Source: an uncultured Candidatus Saccharibacteria bacterium
Lineage (GTDB): Bacteria; Patescibacteriota; Andersenbacteria; UBA10190
Direction of reading: 5' to 3'
Assembly (NCBI GenBank): GCA_964654145.1
Contig: CAZZHI010000001.1
Coordinates: 9,956-73,955, forward strand
Length of the DNA: 64,000 bases
A program made the position numbers and the translations under genes. Of the stretch, positions 58,365-64,000 are shown piece after piece; the first letter of the stretch is position 1; each line of letters starts with the position of its first letter. A model generated the notes under the pieces. It saw only the letters and a list, made by a program, of their open reading frames with translations. It was not told the origin of the DNA and did no database searches.

Positions 58365-58831
58365 ATGAGAAGTTTCTTGTGTATTTTTATTACTACTTTA
58401 TTGAGGTTATTGTAGGATCCAGTACGAATTTTTGGCATATGAGGTTCTTGTGGAAAGAATATTGCAAAATCCCCCTTTTGCATTATGTACACGCTATATT
58501 CGTTGGGCGGCGTAAAAAGCTGGTAATCTTTTTCGGTATCAAACGATGTTTTTTCCGTTAGTGTTGCTAGCGGTGCAAAACCAATAAGTTCTGCGCCCTC
58601 AATGCAGTAATGAATATCAATATACTGAGCATGAACTTCAAATACCCCTTCTTGCTCAGAGACTGCTGGTATACGCATGACATTCGCATATAAATCTCGG
58701 CCAATAATTTCATGTTCCCCATGCGGGACTGTTGCTGCATGTTCTTGAATCCAGGCGAAGGCCTGTTGCCATACAGGGCTGGTAAGTCCGTTTTCTTGCA
58801 ATGCTTGGTTGGTATATTCCCCAAAAATCAT
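58361..58831 (-). CDS. YhcH/YjgK/NanQ-family protein
   Basis: FEVHAQYIDIHY..EGAE, FAIFFPQEPHMP, KVVIKI. Confidence 0.9.
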   Translation of the reverse strand: MIFGEYTNQALQENGLTSPVWQQAFAWIQEHAATVPHGEHEIIGRDLYANVMRIPAVSEQEGVFEVHAQYIDIHYCIEGAELIGFAPLATLTEKTSFDTEKDYQLFTPPNEYSVYIMQKGDFAIFFPQEPHMPKIRTGSYNNLNKVVIKIHKKLLI

Positions 58832-58853
58832 GAGTTCAGTGTATCATAGGCGT

Positions 58854-59645
58854 ATGAATACCAATCCCAAAAACACCCCAGTAGAAGTTGCGGCTATTAT
58901 TCCTGCCCGTGCAGGTCAACAGAGCGTCCCGTATAAGAATTTACAAGTTTTAGGAGGTAAAACCCTCTTGCAATGGGCGATTGAGGTCGCATTTGAGGCA
59001 GAGGCGATCGATGTAGTTATTGTTTCAACGGAAGATGAGAGAGTGAAGGAGGAGGCGGAAAGATTTGGCGCATTAGTCGCTCCTCGGCCAGCAGAGTTCT
59101 CTCAGCCTAGTAGTGGAGATGCGGGCTTTTACCAGCATGCGGTGAAGTGGATGGAAGAAGAGCATGGGTGGACCCCAGAATATTTGGTTAACCTACGACC
59201 GACTAGTCCACTACGATTTGCTTCAGACATTGATAAGATGGTTGAACACATAAAAAGTTCAGATGCGGATGGACTCAAGAGTATTATTCCAACGCCGCTT
59301 CATCCATATAAAATGTGGCAATTGGATGGATCCGCAGAAATAGGATCTTCTGGAAAATTACTCCCCGTGTTTGATAATGAATTTCGACAAAAACATGGGC
59401 CTGATCAGCCACGGCAAAAAATTCAAGAAATGTTCCCTGTGTTTTTTCAGGATGGGCAAGTAGATATTACTCGCAGAAAATTTGTCTTACGTCCCGAGGC
59501 GTTGGAGTTACAAAATATATGGGGTGAAAATCTTCATGGGTTTGTTCTTGATCCTCGAACAAGTACCGACTTGGATGAGCCGGAAGACTTTTTGCGCGCG
59601 GAAAAAATATACAAAGACATGCAGTCAGAGCGCGGAGAGGCGTAA
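58854..59645 (+). CDS. neuA: CMP-nonulosonic acid synthetase (NeuA family)
   Basis: IIPARAG..SVPYKN, VSTED, RPTSPLR, DLDEPEDF; start moved to ATG 58854. Confidence 0.88.
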   Translation: MNTNPKNTPVEVAAIIPARAGQQSVPYKNLQVLGGKTLLQWAIEVAFEAEAIDVVIVSTEDERVKEEAERFGALVAPRPAEFSQPSSGDAGFYQHAVKWMEEEHGWTPEYLVNLRPTSPLRFASDIDKMVEHIKSSDADGLKSIIPTPLHPYKMWQLDGSAEIGSSGKLLPVFDNEFRQKHGPDQPRQKIQEMFPVFFQDGQVDITRRKFVLRPEALELQNIWGENLHGFVLDPRTSTDLDEPEDFLRAEKIYKDMQSERGEA

Positions 59646-59646
59646 T

Positions 59647-59715
59647 GAGCTTTTAGCTGCTAACTTATACGCCGCGCCGACCTAACAGCTACAAGCTAAA
59701 ACCTATAAGCTAACT
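59647..59715. repeat. Imperfect heptamer repeats in inverted arrangement between convergent genes
   Basis: CTAACAG-CTACAAG-CTAAAAC-CTATAAG-CTAAC (59682-59714) facing reverse copies AGCTTTTAG-CTGCTAA. Confidence 0.55.
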
Positions 59716-60036
59716 CTATTTAAGTTCGTCCTGGAGCTTCTTTAAGCCTTCTGGACCTTCTTTTGCTGCGTTCTCAACCTTTTTTCGCATTCCTTCGGGG
59801 AGGCGCGACATAATGCCCTGCATTAAATCCTCTGCGCTTACGGTTGTTTTCCCTGCTTTTCGTGCCTGCTCTTCTGCTGCTTGTTCTAATTCCCGTTTAA
59901 CTCTTTGCTTCATGATCCCTGGAACAGGGGCTTGGCCCACTGCTTGTGCAAGCGCTTTTGTTGCAGATGCTTCCCATGGAAGCGTTTCTTGGTCTGCACT
60001 ATCTTTGGATGATTTTTTTTGCCAGAATGAAAACAT
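59716..60036 (-). CDS. PCP_red/DUF2621-like small helical protein
   Basis: LPWEASATKAL...PVPGIMKQRVKRELEQAAEEQARKAGKTTVSAEDLMQG; start moved to 60036. Confidence 0.65.
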   Translation of the reverse strand: MFSFWQKKSSKDSADQETLPWEASATKALAQAVGQAPVPGIMKQRVKRELEQAAEEQARKAGKTTVSAEDLMQGIMSRLPEGMRKKVENAAKEGPEGLKKLQDELK

Positions 60037-60736
60037 GTCCACAGTGTATACCGTATCGATTCGACACAGCAAGCGTGCAAAAAAGATGTTGCTCCATGTG
60101 CACCCCACGGGAGAGGTAGAGCTAGTGTTGCCTCGCTGGGTTAGTAAGGCTGTAGGGACTTCATTTCTAAAGGAGCGCCATGATTGGATTATTCAGATGC
60201 TTTCAAGCCAGGTGTCTCGTCAGGGGGTGCAACAGCCTCTTTTGCTCATAGATGGCGCCGATATGCCCTGCTTCGGAGATTCCCTTACGCTTTCTCTTGA
60301 AATAGATTCGAAACGAAAAAAAACATTTATCCATGCTTCTGGCTCTGATCTGATTGTGCGAGCCCCAGGTATGGCGAGTGCGGCTGCCTCTATTGGGAGC
60401 TGGTATAAAAAAGAGGCACAAGCATACTATAGTGCTCAGGGGGGCGAGTATGCGAAAATTCTGGGCTTCTCAGGTTTAACGATTCGTGCGAGGAATATGA
60501 AAACGCAGTGGGGAAGCTGCAGTCAAAAGGCAAAAGTCCTTACGTTTAATTGGAGATTGGCTTTAGGGCCGGAGCCCGTTGCTCGATACGTTGCTGCTCA
60601 TGAGGTTGCTCATCTTCTTCATCCAAATCATTCGCCTGTTTTTTGGTCCACGGTTCTGAAACTCTACCCTGAGTACGAAGAGCATCGAGCGTGGCTTCGG
60701 AAGTATGGGGGAGGTTTATATATTGCAAAAAGTTAG
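60035..60736 (+). CDS. YgjP/DUF45 M48-like metal-dependent hydrolase
   Basis: HSKRAKK, MKTQWGSCS, FNWRL, YVAAHEVAHL.HPNHS..FW. Confidence 0.9.
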   Translation: MSTVYTVSIRHSKRAKKMLLHVHPTGEVELVLPRWVSKAVGTSFLKERHDWIIQMLSSQVSRQGVQQPLLLIDGADMPCFGDSLTLSLEIDSKRKKTFIHASGSDLIVRAPGMASAAASIGSWYKKEAQAYYSAQGGEYAKILGFSGLTIRARNMKTQWGSCSQKAKVLTFNWRLALGPEPVARYVAAHEVAHLLHPNHSPVFWSTVLKLYPEYEEHRAWLRKYGGGLYIAKS

Positions 60737-60739
60737 TAC

Positions 60740-60790
60740 GAATACAAAAACTCCCAGCCATATAATGATGTGTTGGGAGTTTTTGTATTC
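60740..60790. terminator. Bidirectional rho-independent terminator
   Basis: Perfect 17-bp inverted repeat GAATACAAAAACTCCCA/TGGGAGTTTTTGTATTC between convergent genes. Confidence 0.8.
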
Positions 60791-60802
60791 TTAAAACAAT
60801 TA

Positions 60803-60937
60803 TTACATTGTTCCTTCTGGAGCGCTCTCCGTGCCTTCTGTGCTTGGAGCCGCAGGAGTTGCTGCACACATTGCGCATAACCCTTCTTCGTTCAATTCAA
60901 CGTTTTCTGTTCCGCATCCTTTGCATGTTCCCATCAT
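60803..60937 (-). CDS. 44-aa CxxC...CxxC zinc-binding microprotein (absent from ORF track)
   Basis: MMGTCKGCGTENVELNEEGLCAMCAATPAAPSTEGTESAPEGTM; SD AAGGAGGTGA at 60952-60943; terminator downstream. Confidence 0.8.
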   Translation of the reverse strand: MMGTCKGCGTENVELNEEGLCAMCAATPAAPSTEGTESAPEGTM

Positions 60938-61042
60938 AGAAATCACCTCCTTCTTCAAGAGTTATATTTTAGGTTCTCATTTTTAGCATACCCCGAAAAA
61001 GATGCTTGCGTAAAACGTTTATATGATGTATATTGCATTCTT

Positions 61043-61267
61043 ATGATACCGACGAGTGAAATGAGGGAACTGTTTTCCGCCATAGCATTAATTGGCGGCT
61101 TTAGTGTTGCTGGTCTTTTTGTATCTGGCGGGTTGAAGGATATTTCCTTTCATTCTCCGGCAGAACCTAGCTATCGAGCAGGAGTAGGAATGAAGCATGT
61201 TACCTTTGTCGCAAGCCCGGTTGTTCATATAGCACTTCCCGAGCACAATATATTTACCTCTTATTAA
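61043..61267 (+). CDS. Small membrane/exported protein
   Basis: Hydrophobic N-terminal helix; TTGCGT-17-TATATT promoter just upstream. Confidence 0.55.
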   Translation: MIPTSEMRELFSAIALIGGFSVAGLFVSGGLKDISFHSPAEPSYRAGVGMKHVTFVASPVVHIALPEHNIFTSY

Positions 61268-61281
61268 TCTAATCTCTTTGT

Positions 61282-61845
61282 ATGCTTGTATTTAATGATA
61301 TTCAAAAAGGAAAAGGAAAAATTATCGTATTAGATGGTGAGCCATATACTATTGTTTCCGCTGAATTTTTGAGAAAGCAGCAGCGTCGCCCTGTTATTAA
61401 CACGATTTTAAAACATCTAAAAACCAACCAAACAAAAGAGCATACATTTCAGCAGTCAGATCGAGTAGAGGAGGCAGATATTGAACGATCCCCGTATCAG
61501 TATCTTTTTGAGCAGGCTGGGAAGTATGTATTTATGAATGGTCAGACCTATGAGCAGATCGAGGTACCTGCCGATATTGTCGGTGATGTTGCTCGATTCT
61601 TACTTGAAGGCGAAGAGGCTCAGATTATGCTTTTTGAGGGCAATCCTGTATCTGTAGAGCTCCCTATTAAAATTGATCGAAAGGTTATTGATGCTCCGCC
61701 TGGCGTGAGGGGAGATACTTCCAGTAACGTGACTAAGGAGATCGTAATTGAAGGTAATGTCCGTATGCGAGCGCCACTTTTCATTAAAGAGGGTGATAGT
61801 ATCCGAGTTGATACTCGAACAGGCGAATATTTAGAGCGTGCTTAG
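61282..61845 (+). CDS. efp: Translation elongation factor P
   Basis: LDGEPY, YVFMN..TYEQ, PPGVRGDT, PLFIKEGD, DTRTGEYLER. Confidence 0.95.
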   Translation: MLVFNDIQKGKGKIIVLDGEPYTIVSAEFLRKQQRRPVINTILKHLKTNQTKEHTFQQSDRVEEADIERSPYQYLFEQAGKYVFMNGQTYEQIEVPADIVGDVARFLLEGEEAQIMLFEGNPVSVELPIKIDRKVIDAPPGVRGDTSSNVTKEIVIEGNVRMRAPLFIKEGDSIRVDTRTGEYLERA

Positions 61846-62651
61846 CTACTCGCGCTTGTGTATCTGGAGAGGCCTGCTCGCCACGCAATATTAGCAATAA
61901 AAAGGAATACTGCAGCTATGCATGTTGCAATTATTCCCATTGGTAGATGAGCTTTATTTGTAAGTATTTGCGCGGGCACAAACACCACGAATGCTACAGG
62001 GATTATATACGTTAAAATAAGCCTCGGAATTCTCGGAAATATATTCATAGGTACGGTAAGCGGCTCTGTATACAGATTCATAAGCCCCCAAAGGGCTTCA
62101 AGCCGTTCGAAGAAGAAGGCCGCAGAGGCTGTGGTGATAAGAATGCTATAAAAAGTAATAAGGCCCATTAGGCTTACCCATAGGAAGAGAGGTCCATTTG
62201 AGGCTGTAATACTGATCGATCCGGATGCTATAAGGGTTCCAAAGAGCAGTAGTCCTGCTATTACATTGCCGATGATATAAATATTTACAGTACGAAATGC
62301 CATATACAGTTGGGATGGAAGGGGCTTTGTGAGAATGTAATCAAACGTTCCCTTTTGAATAAATCCGGGGAATTCAGCGATATTTCTACTTATAGTAATA
62401 TCAAGGATACCTTCGAATATACGCGAGAGGGCTAAAATAAGGATCACTTCTTCTTTTGTCCACCCATAAATTGCATCAGTGTTTTGGAATATTACGGATA
62501 TAGAAAAGAGAAACGTGAATAGCCAGAGGAATTGTCGAATAATCCCGAGGACAAAATTGCTTCGAAATTCCATTTCTCGCATGATGCTGATCTTTGCAAG
62601 GGACCACCATACACGAAGTAAGCGCAGGGATTTGTTATCCTGGGGGAGCAT
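61842..62651 (-). CDS. ABC-2 family permease (DUF990 type)
   Basis: EFRSNF, GWT, GTFDYILTKP, PVAF..VPA, YTSASS. Confidence 0.88.
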   Translation of the reverse strand: MLPQDNKSLRLLRVWWSLAKISIMREMEFRSNFVLGIIRQFLWLFTFLFSISVIFQNTDAIYGWTKEEVILILALSRIFEGILDITISRNIAEFPGFIQKGTFDYILTKPLPSQLYMAFRTVNIYIIGNVIAGLLLFGTLIASGSISITASNGPLFLWVSLMGLITFYSILITTASAAFFFERLEALWGLMNLYTEPLTVPMNIFPRIPRLILTYIIPVAFVVFVPAQILTNKAHLPMGIIATCIAAVFLFIANIAWRAGLSRYTSASS

Positions 62652-63435
62652 ATTTTTTCAATCCTTGCCTCCATTCAACCGATACTATTATGAACAATAA
62701 TAGTATCCATGCTAATTGAATAAGGATTATTTTAAACGATTCTTGCATAGTGATTTGCCCGCTTAATAATTCTGCTGGGGCAGAGATAATATATCGATAT
62801 GGCAGGAAGCTAAATGCGTCATGTACTGCTGGCGGAAGAAAACTGTATGGGATTAAAACTCCAGAAGCTACTTGGTAGAGGAGGTCTTGAAAGCGACGAA
62901 TCTGAAGAGCATCTTCTAGCCAAAACGCAATAAGTCCAAGCGATATATCTAGGAGGAAGGCAATGCACATTGCTAAAAAAATACTTAGAAGAGCAATTGG
63001 TATTAGGTTTGGCGATAACAGCGCTCCTTCAAAAAATCTATAAAATAGCACTATAGATATAATGAGTATCGGCAGTGGGATCATGAGCCGTAATAATTTT
63101 TCTACAATGTTTGTTACTATGTGCCCCCAAAAAAGAGAAAAGGGCTTTAACAGGTGTTTTGCTAGCTCCCCAGTCAATATTTCTTGAGCGATATAGTAGC
63201 CACTCCAGGCTAATGTTGCCGTGCTAAGGAAGGAAACAAAGATATAATACACGAGGGTGACGTGAGCATTTTTAGGGTCTCCTGAACTTATTGCAACTGC
63301 ATACCATAGGGCCATGGATACGAGCGGTGATATGGTAACTGCGAGTGTCCAGAGGGTAATGTCTGCTCGATATTGAAGAAGCTTGGACCATTCCATGCTT
63401 GCTAGGCGAAATATTTTTTGAACAAAAGACGTCAT
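62635..63435 (-). CDS. ABC-2 family permease
   Basis: LQYRAD, GELAKHLLKP, SG..IP..FLP, LPYRY, GLKKY. Confidence 0.88.
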   Translation of the reverse strand: MTSFVQKIFRLASMEWSKLLQYRADITLWTLAVTISPLVSMALWYAVAISSGDPKNAHVTLVYYIFVSFLSTATLAWSGYYIAQEILTGELAKHLLKPFSLFWGHIVTNIVEKLLRLMIPLPILIISIVLFYRFFEGALLSPNLIPIALLSIFLAMCIAFLLDISLGLIAFWLEDALQIRRFQDLLYQVASGVLIPYSFLPPAVHDAFSFLPYRYIISAPAELLSGQITMQESFKIILIQLAWILLLFIIVSVEWRQGLKKYAPPG

Positions 63436-64000
63436 GCTTTTTTCGTAAATAATTCATGAACAACATCCTCTAGGCTGGGGTCTTCAATGGAAATATCTTC
63501 CACCGGAAATTGTTCGAGTAGGGATGCAGCAATGGCGGCAGTGGATTCTCTTGGAACCTGTATGCTAGCTTTTACGCCATTTTCCATCACAATTTTTCCG
63601 AACTTTTTTAAGTCATTTTCTTGAACATCTTTTGTGAACGTAAGAATTATTCTTTTATGCTTCACGTGTTCTCGTATTAATTTTTCTGTGTCGCCGTCAT
63701 ATTGAATTGATCCATGGTCAATGATGATCAGTCTTTTACATAATTCTCGAACGTCATCTAGGTAATGGCTGGTCAGTAGAATGGTCGCATTACGTGATTT
63801 GTTGTATCGAACAATAAACTCTCGAATCTGCTTTTGAACTATGACGTCCAGGCCTATGGTCGGCTCATCGAGGAAAAGTATTCGAGGTTTATATATGAGG
63901 GCTGCTGCTAATTCTCCTCGCATTCGTTGACCAAGGGAAAGTTTGCGTACTTGGGTGCCCATAATGGGGCCAAGGTCTAAAAGTTCGACAATTTCATCGC
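63432..64000 (-). CDS. ABC transporter ATP-binding protein (5' part outside window)
   Basis: LSLGQRMR, LFLDEPTIGLD, LTSH; frame open to the window end. Confidence 0.93.
   Translation of the reverse strand, partial: DEIVELLDLGPIMGTQVRKLSLGQRMRGELAAALIYKPRILFLDEPTIGLDVIVQKQIREFIVRYNKSRNATILLTSHYLDDVRELCKRLIIIDHGSIQYDGDTEKLIREHVKHKRIILTFTKDVQENDLKKFGKIVMENGVKASIQVPRESTAAIAASLLEQFPVEDISIEDPSLEDVVHELFTKKA

Noticed and set aside
59647-59715. CRISPR array or tRNA
   Set aside because: Units are 7 nt with no spacers; no cas genes and no cloverleaf seen anywhere in the window
63659-63672. parS-like TTCACGTG core
   Set aside because: Flanks do not complete the 16-bp parS palindrome, and it lies within the ABC ATPase CDS

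Overview
Core-chromosome window spanning the replication origin of a reduced-genome bacterium. Gene content and style suggest Patescibacteria/CPR, probably Parcubacteria-like (inference). Left to right: (1) a partial ORF with a probable ATT start; pcrA, rsmA and a minimal type IV secretion/pilus locus (TSP3-repeat protein and paralog, secreted protein, VirB6-like, PrgI/VirB3-like, VirB4, glycine-zipper protein, pilin). (2) A minus-strand run rpmH-rnpA-yidD-yidC-jag continuing into surface glycosylation genes (wzx, 3 GT2, 2 O-antigen-ligase-like). (3) dnaA-oriC-dnaN-recF-dciA-exonuclease, with a visible GC-skew inversion between dnaA and dnaN. (4) PBP1A, a PKD-7TM gene paired with an ATP-grasp/aspartic-protease fusion, ruvC, ruvB with a structured intergenic RNA candidate, a pgsA-like gene, a triple lamin-tail protein, yvcK, pilB, a DHH protein, tsaE, polA, DUF3048, holA, rpsT, truB. 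(5) gmd-rmd, a GT-C-like membrane protein, a beta-CASP nuclease, two small membrane proteins, a nonulosonic-acid cluster, small proteins, efp and an ABC-2 transporter. I saw no rRNA, tRNA, CRISPR array, transposase or integrase. Most notable signals: pervasive apparently leaderless genes (TAnnnT 6-7 nt before ATG), two divergent genes sharing one CATG, a phased DnaA-box cluster inside a glycosyltransferase ORF, an EF-P lacking the PGKG tip, and the ligase-protease fusion. All family assignments come from motif recognition by eye, not database searches.
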